From NCBI GenBank assembly GCA_946413585.1, contig CAMKLG010000008.1, forward strand, positions 7,026 to 71,025: DNA of 64,000 nucleotides, written 5' to 3'. Below the pieces are notes generated by a model, which was not told the origin of the DNA, did not search any database, and worked only from the letters and a program-made list of their open reading frames with translations. Shown here one piece after another: positions 1 to 7,062 of this stretch (position 1 is its first letter; each line of letters opens with the position of its first letter). Made by a program: the position numbers and the translations under genes. Source of the stretch: an uncultured Bacteroidales bacterium. GTDB lineage: Bacteria > Bacteroidota > Bacteroidia > Bacteroidales > WCHB1-69.

Positions 1-352
1 TGTTCACCTCTTCCAAAGCATGCGATGTGGTCTCCATTGAAATTTCCCCTAAAGCCACTTCGCTCTTATCTGCTGTAAATTCAAGATGTTTCGGCTTATA
101 GCCCATATAAATCACGGTCAGGGTATAAGTTTTCGGCGACCGTGGCACTTTCAGCGAGAACTGTCCGTTTTGGTCGGTGAGGGTGCCCGCCACCACGCTG
201 TCCTGCAGCGAGGCATACACGGAGACGTAGGGCATCGCGAAGTTTTTGTCATCAACCACTTTGCCAGTAACCTTGCACGGTGTATGCTGCGCAAAAGCGG
301 AAAGGCTGATAATCAGTAGGATAACAGCGAGAAAGAGGGGGTGTTTGGACAT
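1..352 (-). CDS. TonB-dependent receptor / outer-membrane beta-barrel protein, N-terminal part only (runs off the window edge)
   Basis: Not in the ORF track because it is open at the edge. Reverse translation from the ATG at 352..350 gives MSKHPLFLAVILLIISLSAFAQ (signal peptide). It continues HTPCKVTGKVVDDKNFAMPYVSVYASLQDSVVAGTLTDQNGQFSLKV...YTLTVIYMGYKP, a carboxypeptidase-regulatory-like domain typical of Bacteroidota TonB-linked receptors. Confidence 0.7.
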   Translation of the reverse strand, partial: MSKHPLFLAVILLIISLSAFAQHTPCKVTGKVVDDKNFAMPYVSVYASLQDSVVAGTLTDQNGQFSLKVPRSPKTYTLTVIYMGYKPKHLEFTADKSEVALGEISMETTSHALEEVN

Positions 353-386
353 AAGAATCGGAGTTATTTTTGAAAACAATTTGTGG

Positions 387-394
387 CAAAAATA
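387..394 (-). promoter_or_regulatory. Bacteroidota -7 box (TAnnTTTG) for the receptor gene
   Basis: Plus strand caaaaata = TATTTTTG on the minus strand, about 35 nt upstream of the ATG at 352. Confidence 0.45.
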
Positions 395-432
395 AAAAAA
401 TCGCGTGTCCATTGTATATCTGTTTTTTTGTG

Positions 433-440
433 TATTTTTG
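433..440 (+). promoter_or_regulatory. Bacteroidota -7 box (TAnnTTTG) for hicAB
   Basis: tatttttg lies 20-40 nt upstream of the hicA start region. Confidence 0.45.
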
Positions 441-478
441 CAACTGAAAATTAGTAACAATGAGCAAAAAAGAAAAAA

Positions 479-718
479 TTGACACGTAGGCTAAAAAATC
501 TACCCAAAGACTTCACATACTCGGAGCTTATTTCTATTTTTAACATGTGCGGATTCATTGAGGATACTAAGGGGAAGACATCGGGGTCACGAGTCAAATT
601 CTACAACAGCGAAAAAGACATTGGCTATTTATTACACAAACCGCACCCTGGAAACATCGTAAAAGGCAAAGCATTGAAAGATGCTGTTGAGTTTCTAACA
701 ACAAATAACCTGATTTAA
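479..718 (+). CDS. hicA: Type II toxin HicA family (mRNA interferase). TTG start as drawn; the ancestral ATG at 460 is out of frame by one A.
   Basis: The motifs ...LKNLPKDFTYSELISIFNMCGF...KGKTSGSRVKF...LHKPHPGNIVK are typical of Bacteroidales HicA/YcfA proteins. hicB follows immediately. Confidence 0.8.
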   Translation: MTRRLKNLPKDFTYSELISIFNMCGFIEDTKGKTSGSRVKFYNSEKDIGYLLHKPHPGNIVKGKALKDAVEFLTTNNLI

Positions 719-728
719 ATCAAACAAT

Positions 729-1073
729 ATGGATACATTGAAATACAAAGGGTTTATCGGAAGCATTGAGGTTGAGGATGATTTGTCTCTTTATGGTAAA
801 GTCCTTGGACTAGGGAGTAAAGCTTTGGTGACGTATGAAGGGATGACTGTGCCAGAGCTTGAGGCGGATTTTCATGCCGCCGTGGATGATTACATCGAAT
901 ATTGCAAGGAACATAATCTTCCTCTAAGAAAGTCATACAGCAGAAACTTCAACATAAAGATACCCCAACAACTCCATGCTCAGGTTTCTGAACTCGCCAT
1001 GGAAAGAGGTGAGAGTCTGAATGCCTACGTGCGTCGTGCTCTCGAAGCAGCAGTCCAGGCCGCGCAAGTATAA
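729..1073 (+). CDS. hicB: Type II antitoxin HicB family with a C-terminal RHH-like DNA-binding tail
   Basis: MDTLKYKGFIGSIEVEDDLSLYGKVLG...VTYEGMTVPELEADFHAAVDDYIEYCKEHN is HicB-like. The start is 10 nt after the hicA stop. Confidence 0.8.
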   Translation: MDTLKYKGFIGSIEVEDDLSLYGKVLGLGSKALVTYEGMTVPELEADFHAAVDDYIEYCKEHNLPLRKSYSRNFNIKIPQQLHAQVSELAMERGESLNAYVRRALEAAVQAAQV

Positions 1074-1714
1074 TAATCCCTATGGTCGGAGAACTCATGC
1101 TTGGTCCGTTTTACTATCTCTTTGGTTGACAAAGCAATATCCTTCGTCACCTCAAAACAGCGCAAATAGACATACCCCTCTGGTAGTGCAGGCGCATACA
1201 AGGTGTATTCATAGATTCCGGGTTGTCCGCCTTCATACAGCTGTAACCAGGTACTTTTGTCAGTCGAAAGAATCCTAATCGAATCCGAACCCGCGACAAC
1301 GGAACAGGAATCCTCAGGCAATTGCATAATCACGCCACCGATAGGCACTTCGCACTGCAATGTGTCCGGAATCGGATGCTCCATTCCGAAATGATCCTCT
1401 TCCTCTTCGAACAAGACCGTAACCATGCCCACAAACACTATCGCGGCAAAGCCGAGTGCGCACAGGAAACCTCCCGCCATGATGCCTCCGAGTTTCCACC
1501 ACGCCTTGTGGGCAATAGAGAGAATGAACGCTACCACCTGCAAAACACCCAACAGAAGAATAATTCCCCAAATAACATTGTCGATGACATTCGGCAGGAA
1601 GTGCCCGTTGAGCATATCCAACAGCTGCAATACGATAAGCAACAGAAACGCCAAGGGCCAGACCCACCAGTATCTCAGCAGGAAATTCCCTAATGGTGTG
1701 TTATTTTGACTCAT
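1025..1714 (-). CDS. Hypothetical membrane protein (about 4 TM helices plus a soluble C-terminal domain)
   Basis: 229-aa ORF with hydrophobic N-terminal segments (WVWPLAFLLLIVLQLL, VIWGIILLLGVLQVVAFILS, GGIMAGGFLCALGFAAIVFVGMVTVL). A TAnnTTTG box lies upstream. Its 3' end overlaps the hicB 3' end convergently by 49 nt. Confidence 0.6.
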   Translation of the reverse strand: MSQNNTPLGNFLLRYWWVWPLAFLLLIVLQLLDMLNGHFLPNVIDNVIWGIILLLGVLQVVAFILSIAHKAWWKLGGIMAGGFLCALGFAAIVFVGMVTVLFEEEEDHFGMEHPIPDTLQCEVPIGGVIMQLPEDSCSVVAGSDSIRILSTDKSTWLQLYEGGQPGIYEYTLYAPALPEGYVYLRCFEVTKDIALSTKEIVKRTKHEFSDHRDYYTCAAWTAASRARRT

Positions 1715-1757
1715 GACAAGATTGTTTTACTGTTCATAATCCTTGTGAAAAACACGA

Positions 1758-1765
1758 CAAAGATA
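1758..1765 (-). promoter_or_regulatory. -7 box (TAnnTTTG) for the 1025..1714 gene
   Basis: Plus strand caaagata = TATCTTTG on the minus strand. Confidence 0.4.
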
Positions 1766-1874
1766 TAAAAATTGTCGACAGATTAGTTGACATTTATTTA
1801 CATCACTCCTCCGGATACCGATTGTAATATGCATTCTCATAAATTCTCATATCGTATAGTTAACTGAACAACAC

Positions 1875-2204
1875 ATGTATTACCTGTTCCACACGCAAGC
1901 CCGACAATGGACGGTGGAAGACTACCGATATTTAGTTGGACAAGAGACAGCATTGGACATCATCCTGCCAAAAGTGTTCGAAATCCTTCAGTTCGACATC
2001 AAAGCGGACGGCGGTTTCTACGAAGGCGACCTGCTTGATGCCGTTTTGGGAATAAGCCCTGACTTCTGGAAAGAGCACCAAGATCTGTATGATACAGCTT
2101 GCAGGCTGATCAGAAACAACATGGAAACATTGTCGAAAACAGAATATTCCACTGACAAAAAGATTTTGGAGGACGCCACCGCCTTTTTGGCGATGAAGGG
2201 GTAA
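1875..2204 (+). CDS. CdiI-like (contact-dependent inhibition type) immunity protein, orphan
   Basis: ADGGFYEGDLLDAVLGISPDFWKEHQDLYDTACRLI matches, from memory, the EGD.YEGDLL.AVL...FW motif of Bacteroidales proteins annotated as contact-dependent growth inhibition system immunity protein. No toxin gene is adjacent. Confidence 0.6.
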   Translation: MYYLFHTQARQWTVEDYRYLVGQETALDIILPKVFEILQFDIKADGGFYEGDLLDAVLGISPDFWKEHQDLYDTACRLIRNNMETLSKTEYSTDKKILEDATAFLAMKG

Positions 2205-2295
2205 GAACATCAATCCTATTCCGCCCTCATTACACCGCAAGCCTGTAATCCTCCTTGTCCACCGTTTTTTTCGATTTGCATTATCTGTGCCATCC

Positions 2296-2488
2296 CTACC
2301 GGGACAAGGGAAACCGCGGGGACATCCGTTTCTACCGAGCGGTCGCCCCTGTCGTGGCTATTCGGGAATCGTACCGATGTCCCCTATCCGTAACATGCAT
2401 CGCAATGTCCCGACAGGAACAAAAGCCCGGTAGAAGAGGGCATTTCGGCTGCCACAAGACCCCGGCAGGGGTCAAAGCTCGGTAGAAA
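2296..2488. other. GC-rich cluster of mutually exclusive inverted repeats (candidate structured RNA, regulatory element or element relic)
   Basis: Four inverted-repeat pairs: 2318-2326 ggggacatc / 2376-2384 gatgtcccc; 2329-2340 tttctaccgagc / 2477-2488 gctcggtagaaa; 2296-2303 ctaccggg / 2426-2433 cccggtag; 2348-2354 cctgtcg / 2411-2417 cgacagg. Confidence 0.3.
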
Positions 2489-2674
2489 AATTGTCAGCAA
2501 TTTCCGCCATCTTGTCACCAAAAAACGGACAATTTGTCAGAAATGATAAAAATATTTGGAAATATTTTGTTGGCACGCGGTTTGCATTATAGGGAGCGTC
2601 GCCGATGCGAGAGCGTAGGCGACAGGAAAAGAAAAAACAATAAAAAGTCTAACAATAAAAGAAAGGAGTTCATT

Positions 2675-3100
2675 ATGCTACCCGTTATGTTTAAAAACAG
2701 TTGGTTTCCTACCATGTTTGAAGATTTCTTGAACAGCGACATCATGCCGCGCACCAACACCACAGCTCCGGCCGTGAATGTTAGAGAAGACGAAAAGGCC
2801 TACACGATGGAAGTGGCCGCCCCCGGCATCAAGAAGGAATACTGCCGTGTGAGCATCAACGACGAAGGCAACTTGAACGTCGCCATCGAGAACAAGATGG
2901 AACACAAGGAAGAGGAGAAAAAGCACCACTATCTGCGCCGCGAGTTCTCCTACACGAACTACGAGCAGAACTACACTCTGCCCGAGGACGTCGATAAGGA
3001 CCACATCGAAGCAAAAGTGGAGCACGGAATCCTCACCATCACCCTGCCGAGAGTGCAGAAAGAGGAGCCCAAAATCGCCCGCACCATCGCCATCGGGTAA
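2675..3100 (+). CDS. Small heat-shock protein, Hsp20/alpha-crystallin family
   Basis: VNVREDEKAYTMEVAAPGIKKEYCRVSINDEGNLNVAIE...REFSYTNYEQNYTLPEDVDKDHIEAKVEHGILTITLP is a canonical ACD. I chose the ATG at 2675 (preceded by aaaggag) over the track start at 2534. Confidence 0.9.
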   Translation: MLPVMFKNSWFPTMFEDFLNSDIMPRTNTTAPAVNVREDEKAYTMEVAAPGIKKEYCRVSINDEGNLNVAIENKMEHKEEEKKHHYLRREFSYTNYEQNYTLPEDVDKDHIEAKVEHGILTITLPRVQKEEPKIARTIAIG

Positions 3101-3126
3101 TTTTTCAATCAAAGCCAATGATTTCA

Positions 3127-3157
3127 CGCCGCATTCGCAAGAGTGCGGCGTTTTTTT
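3127..3157 (+). terminator. Rho-independent terminator after hsp20
   Basis: Stem cgccgca (3127-3133) / tgcggcg (3144-3150), followed by T7 at 3151-3157. Confidence 0.75.
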
Positions 3158-3182
3158 ATGCCTACAATATTCGTATTTTATG

Positions 3183-3190
3183 TACCTTTG
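3183..3190 (+). promoter_or_regulatory. -7 box (TAnnTTTG)
   Basis: tacctttg lies 21 nt upstream of the ATG at 3211. Confidence 0.45.
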
Positions 3191-3210
3191 CAGCCTGAAA
3201 ATTAACGATT

Positions 3211-3480
3211 ATGAACGAACAAAAAATTGAGACCGCCGCCGCCCTCGGCAACGCATTAGTGGATAAAATTGACCACTTTCTACATCATTTCACCAGCTAT
3301 GCCACTGATTTGGAGGTAGGCATCCATCCCAAGACGTTTGACATCATCTTGGACAGCCCTAGCAAAATCCCAGAAGAATACCGCCGCCACAACATCGCGG
3401 ATTTCATCCTCACCAATGCCAAAGGTTTGTATGAACCCGATGAAAAGGCGATTTTCCAAGTGGCGGAACATTATTTTTAA
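3211..3480 (+). CDS. Hypothetical small protein (89 aa)
   Basis: ORF with its own promoter box. I recognise no motif. Confidence 0.5.
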   Translation: MNEQKIETAAALGNALVDKIDHFLHHFTSYATDLEVGIHPKTFDIILDSPSKIPEEYRRHNIADFILTNAKGLYEPDEKAIFQVAEHYF

Positions 3481-3529
3481 CGATGACACGATAAGGCGAT
3501 GAAAAACAATGAATGGCGATGAATTGTAG

Positions 3530-3548
3530 GGGTGTATCGCATACACCC
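3530..3548. repeat. Short perfect hairpin/palindrome (REP-like)
   Basis: gggtgtat cgc atacaccc (8-bp stem), followed by a direct repeat of gtatcgca. Confidence 0.5.
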
Positions 3549-3591
3549 GGCGTATCGCAAATGCTCGTCGGACAATAACAAACGCGAAATT

Positions 3592-4620
3592 ATGGCAAAA
3601 AAGGTAAGTTCAGAAAAAACGGTGAAGTACAGTGATTTAGTGGCGCAAATTCGTGACAAACAGTTCGCGCCTGTCTATCTCTTGCATGGCGAAGAACCGT
3701 TTTTCATCGATCAGCTCACCAAAATGTTCGAAGAGAGCATTTTAGAGCCAGAAGAGCGCGACTTCAACCAAGTGGTACTTTACGGAAAGGACACGGAGGT
3801 GGATATGGTGCTGGCCAACGCCAAACAATTTCCGTTTGGAAGTCCCTATCGCGTAGTCATCGTGAAAGAAGCTAAAGAACTGAAACACATTGAGTTACTA
3901 GACTCATACGTAGAAAATCCCAGTCCACAAACCATCCTGATTGTCTGCCACAAATACGGCAAACTGAAGGCGGCACAAACCAAAGCGTATAGCAAACACG
4001 GTGTTGTGTTCGTATCGGAAGGGATAAAAGACTGGAACTTAGCAGCTTGGATTCAAGACCTGGCGGATCAAACGTTCCATTACAGACTGAGTCCGCAGAC
4101 GGCCGCCGTCCTGAGCGAGCATATTGGCAATGACCTATCGCGTATTTTCACTGAATTTCAGAAACTCCAGGTCGTATTGCCTGCTGGCAGCGAAATCACA
4201 CCCGCTGTAGTAGAGAAACACATTGGCATCAGTAAGGAATACAATATTTTTGAGCTTCAAGACGCTTTAGGCAGCCGGAATCTGTCGAAAGTCTATAACA
4301 TCATGCTCAATTTCACCATGCACTTGAAGGAAAACCCGAACATCCGCACCATTTCAATGCTCTACTCCTACTACCATAAGATGCTCCGTTACCATCTTGC
4401 TCCCGACAAAAGCAACGATGCCTTGAGGGGCATCTTTGGCAATACGTCCCCAAACATTATCGCCCGCAACATCGGCATCGCCAACAATCACACTGTACCT
4501 CAACTCACTCGAATTATCTCAATATTAAGAGAATACGATGTGAAATCGAAAGGCGTGGATGCGGATAGCGACGATGGCGAACTGCTGAAAGAGATGATTT
4601 ACAAAATTACACATGTATAA
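3592..4620 (+). CDS. holA: DNA polymerase III subunit delta
   Basis: MAKKVSSEKTVKYSDLVAQIRDKQFAPVYLLHGEEPFFIDQL...VVLYGKDTE... is a typical HolA N-terminus. I chose the ATG at 3592 (MAKK). Confidence 0.85.
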   Translation: MAKKVSSEKTVKYSDLVAQIRDKQFAPVYLLHGEEPFFIDQLTKMFEESILEPEERDFNQVVLYGKDTEVDMVLANAKQFPFGSPYRVVIVKEAKELKHIELLDSYVENPSPQTILIVCHKYGKLKAAQTKAYSKHGVVFVSEGIKDWNLAAWIQDLADQTFHYRLSPQTAAVLSEHIGNDLSRIFTEFQKLQVVLPAGSEITPAVVEKHIGISKEYNIFELQDALGSRNLSKVYNIMLNFTMHLKENPNIRTISMLYSYYHKMLRYHLAPDKSNDALRGIFGNTSPNIIARNIGIANNHTVPQLTRIISILREYDVKSKGVDADSDDGELLKEMIYKITHV

Positions 4621-5746
4621 AATGAAAGAAATGCGTTTTTCACCTGGAAAGACATTGCACGTAACGTCTCTTCAATGGGCATTCCTGATATTAAGTCTGT
4701 TCACCATATCCTTCGCATACGCCCAAATCCCGCAAGGTTACTACACTTCCGCCCAAAACAAAAATGGTTATGCCCTGCGCTTGGCCATGCACAACATCAT
4801 CAAAAATCACGCCTCTGAATCATACAATGGATTATGGAATGCGTTCTATAGCACCGACAGACGTCCTGACAATGGCAAAGTGTGGGACATCTATTCCGAC
4901 CGTCCCGGCTCAACCCCAGTTTATTACTTCACGTTCGGTAGCGACCAATGCGGCAACTATTCGGGTGAAGGAGATTGTTACAACCGCGAACACTCTGTGC
5001 CGAAAAGTTGGTTCGGCGGCAGTGTCGCGCCCATGTACACCGACCTATTCCACCTCTACCCTACCGACGGCTTTGTTAATTCAAAACGAGGCAATCTGCC
5101 CATTGGCAAAGTGACAAACGCGACTTGGACGAGCTCAAACGGCTCAAAAGTAGGAACTTCCAATGTGCCAGGTTATTCTGGACAAGTTTTCGAACCCATT
5201 GACAGTTTCAAAGGCGATTTCGCACGCACCTATTTCTACATGGCCGTTTGCTATATGGACAAAAACCTCGGCGTGGAAACACAATCCAACTTCATAGGCG
5301 GCAACCTTAAACCGTGGTCTAAAGATTTATTGCTTCAGTGGGCCTCCATGGATCCGGTCAGTAAGAAGGAAATCGACCGAAACAATGCCGTCTATCAAAT
5401 TCAACATAACCGCAACCCATTCATCGACTTCCCTGAATTGGCAGAGATGATTTTCGGAAGCGACACCAACCTGACTTTTACCACACATATACCCATTCAA
5501 GAACCATCCACTTGGAAGATCTATCCGAATCCCATCACAAACCAACTCAACATTCAATTGTCTGACAACCAAACAGATAATATTTCTATTGAACTTTACG
5601 ATATGATGGGGAAACTCAGAATGACCATCCAAAATGCTTATGAAGACCATATTCAATTGGATATGTCTCCTTTCGCTCAAGGCATCTATTTACTCAAGGT
5701 CGCCAATGACCAAAATATATACACATATAAAATCGTAAAACAATGA
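4613..5746 (+). CDS. Secreted endonuclease I family nuclease with a T9SS C-terminal sorting domain
   Basis: NREHSVPKSWFGG...PMYTDLFHLYPTDGFVNSKRGNLPIG is an endonuclease I motif. A signal peptide is present. The C-terminus IYPNPITNQLNIQL...GIYLLKVANDQNIYTYKIVKQ is a T9SS CTD. Confidence 0.85.
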   Translation: MYKMKEMRFSPGKTLHVTSLQWAFLILSLFTISFAYAQIPQGYYTSAQNKNGYALRLAMHNIIKNHASESYNGLWNAFYSTDRRPDNGKVWDIYSDRPGSTPVYYFTFGSDQCGNYSGEGDCYNREHSVPKSWFGGSVAPMYTDLFHLYPTDGFVNSKRGNLPIGKVTNATWTSSNGSKVGTSNVPGYSGQVFEPIDSFKGDFARTYFYMAVCYMDKNLGVETQSNFIGGNLKPWSKDLLLQWASMDPVSKKEIDRNNAVYQIQHNRNPFIDFPELAEMIFGSDTNLTFTTHIPIQEPSTWKIYPNPITNQLNIQLSDNQTDNISIELYDMMGKLRMTIQNAYEDHIQLDMSPFAQGIYLLKVANDQNIYTYKIVKQ

Positions 5747-6183
5747 GTATCATTAAGATAACTAAGCAATTTTCATTTGAGATGGCGCACGCGCTACGCA
5801 ACTACGACGGTTTGTGCCGCAATATTCACGGGCATTCCTATAAGATGGATATTACACTCGCCGGACAGCCACTTCATGACGAAAATTCTCCGAAAAACGG
5901 AATGGTAATGGACTTTGGCGACCTGAAAAGACTTGTCAATGAGGAAATTATATCTCTTTTAGACCATGCACTTGTGCTAAACAACAAAACCGATGCCCAG
6001 CTCATTGATGTATTGAAACAGAATTTTGAAAAGATTGTTGTAGTGGAATTCCAACCCACCACTGAAAATCTCCTGAACTTCATTGCCGAAAAAATAAGAG
6101 CGAAATTACCGGAAAGAGTGATACTTACTTGCGTGCGCTTGCGGGAGACGGATACGTCGTATGCCGAATGGTGCGGTTGTTAA
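5743..6183 (+). CDS. queD: 6-carboxy-5,6,7,8-tetrahydropterin synthase
   Basis: KITKQFSFEMAHALRNYDGLCRNIHGHSYKMDITL is a PTPS/QueD motif. Confidence 0.9.
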   Translation: MSIIKITKQFSFEMAHALRNYDGLCRNIHGHSYKMDITLAGQPLHDENSPKNGMVMDFGDLKRLVNEEIISLLDHALVLNNKTDAQLIDVLKQNFEKIVVVEFQPTTENLLNFIAEKIRAKLPERVILTCVRLRETDTSYAEWCGC

Positions 6184-6324
6184 TGGTTATAGGTTATGGG
6201 TTATTGAAGCTGGGTTATAGTTTATGGTTTAGAGTTTAGGGAGTAGGGAATAGTAGGGAATAGTAGGGCTGTTGCATTGCTACAGCCAACAGCCAGCAGC
6301 CAATAGCTAATAGCCAACAGCCAA
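6184..6324. repeat. Strand-asymmetric degenerate short-word repeat spacer (G/T-rich half, central hairpin, C/A-rich half)
   Basis: The left half repeats ggttat/gggttat/tagggaa words. The central hairpin is ggctgt-tgcattgc-tacagcc. The right half repeats cagccaa/tagccaa words. A G4 motif lies at 6239-6268. Confidence 0.8.
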
Positions 6325-7005
6325 CTACAGGATCTCCACGGGGGTGACCATCCCTTGCAATGTGCCATCCGAACGGCCATTATCCGTGATAAACAACATA
6401 TCCAACCGAATACGACGTGCTTTTGAACGCTGGAATTTCAGACTGACATCCTCCACTGTCACATTTGGGTTGATAAAGCCGTAATGAGCATCAGACTCGT
6501 CTATCAACCGAATATAATCCTTTATATCTTTGAATTTTAGAGATTCGGAAAATGCAAAAGATGTATTGTTGGCTACTAACTGCATGATGGTCTTCGTGCT
6601 GAAGACCCCGACAATCCGATGGTTGTCCACAATGGGGATATAGGAATAGTCGTTGCGCTGCATCACTTTGACAGCAGCGAGGACGGAATCTTCAGGGGAA
6701 GGCGCAAAAATCTGTCCCGCACGGATAGCCACACGCATCAACGAAACAGGATTGAGCGAATAGTAAAGATTGTTGACCTGCCGAACCGCTTGGTCAGTGA
6801 CGATGACCAGATCGTTACCTGCTTTCGACCAATCATAGTGTGAGAGTAGGTTGCGCAAGGTACGGCAAAACGCCAAATTGCTACGAATACTTTTGTATTG
6901 GGGCCTCTGCTCCAGCTCTTTCATCTCTGAAATATTCAAATTATTGAGCACCCATTCCTCAATCTCGCGATATCGCTCTAAAAATTGTCCGGCTTTATTT
7001 TCCAT
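6325..7005 (-). CDS. CBS-pair domain protein with an N-terminal HEPN-like (RNxxxH) module
   Basis: The C-terminal two-thirds is a CBS pair (...VLAAVKVMQRNDYSYIPIVDNHRIVGVFSTKTIM... and ...MLFITDNGRSDGTLQGMVTPVEIL). The N-terminal ~75 aa carries CRTLRNLLSH, an R-x4-H motif with N after R. Confidence 0.75.
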   Translation of the reverse strand: MENKAGQFLERYREIEEWVLNNLNISEMKELEQRPQYKSIRSNLAFCRTLRNLLSHYDWSKAGNDLVIVTDQAVRQVNNLYYSLNPVSLMRVAIRAGQIFAPSPEDSVLAAVKVMQRNDYSYIPIVDNHRIVGVFSTKTIMQLVANNTSFAFSESLKFKDIKDYIRLIDESDAHYGFINPNVTVEDVSLKFQRSKARRIRLDMLFITDNGRSDGTLQGMVTPVEIL

Positions 7006-7025
7006 TTTCAGTACACTATGTGCGG

Positions 7026-7033
7026 CAAAAGTA
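7026..7033 (-). promoter_or_regulatory. -7 box (TAnnTTTG) for the CBS gene
   Basis: Plus strand caaaagta = TACTTTTG on the minus strand, 21 nt upstream of the ATG at 7005. Confidence 0.45.
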
Positions 7034-7062
7034 CAAAAAAAGTTAAAAGGTTAGAAGGTTAT

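Noticed and set aside
86-319. Track ORF of 77 aa on the plus strand at the window start (also 252..485 on the minus strand)
   Set aside because: The minus strand in another frame encodes a convincing signal peptide plus a CarbopepD_reg domain running off the edge (1..352). The listed ORFs have no coding character.
2255-2485. 76-aa ORF in the hsp20 upstream region
   Set aside because: It lies entirely within the GC-rich inverted-repeat block. It has an odd composition (R/C/P/G-rich) and no promoter or start context. It is better explained as a non-coding structured element.
6231-6268. TTTAGGG / TAGGG words resembling telomeric repeats
   Set aside because: They are degenerate, internal, and embedded in a family of other 6-8-nt words at gene ends. 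There is no evidence for a linear replicon end.
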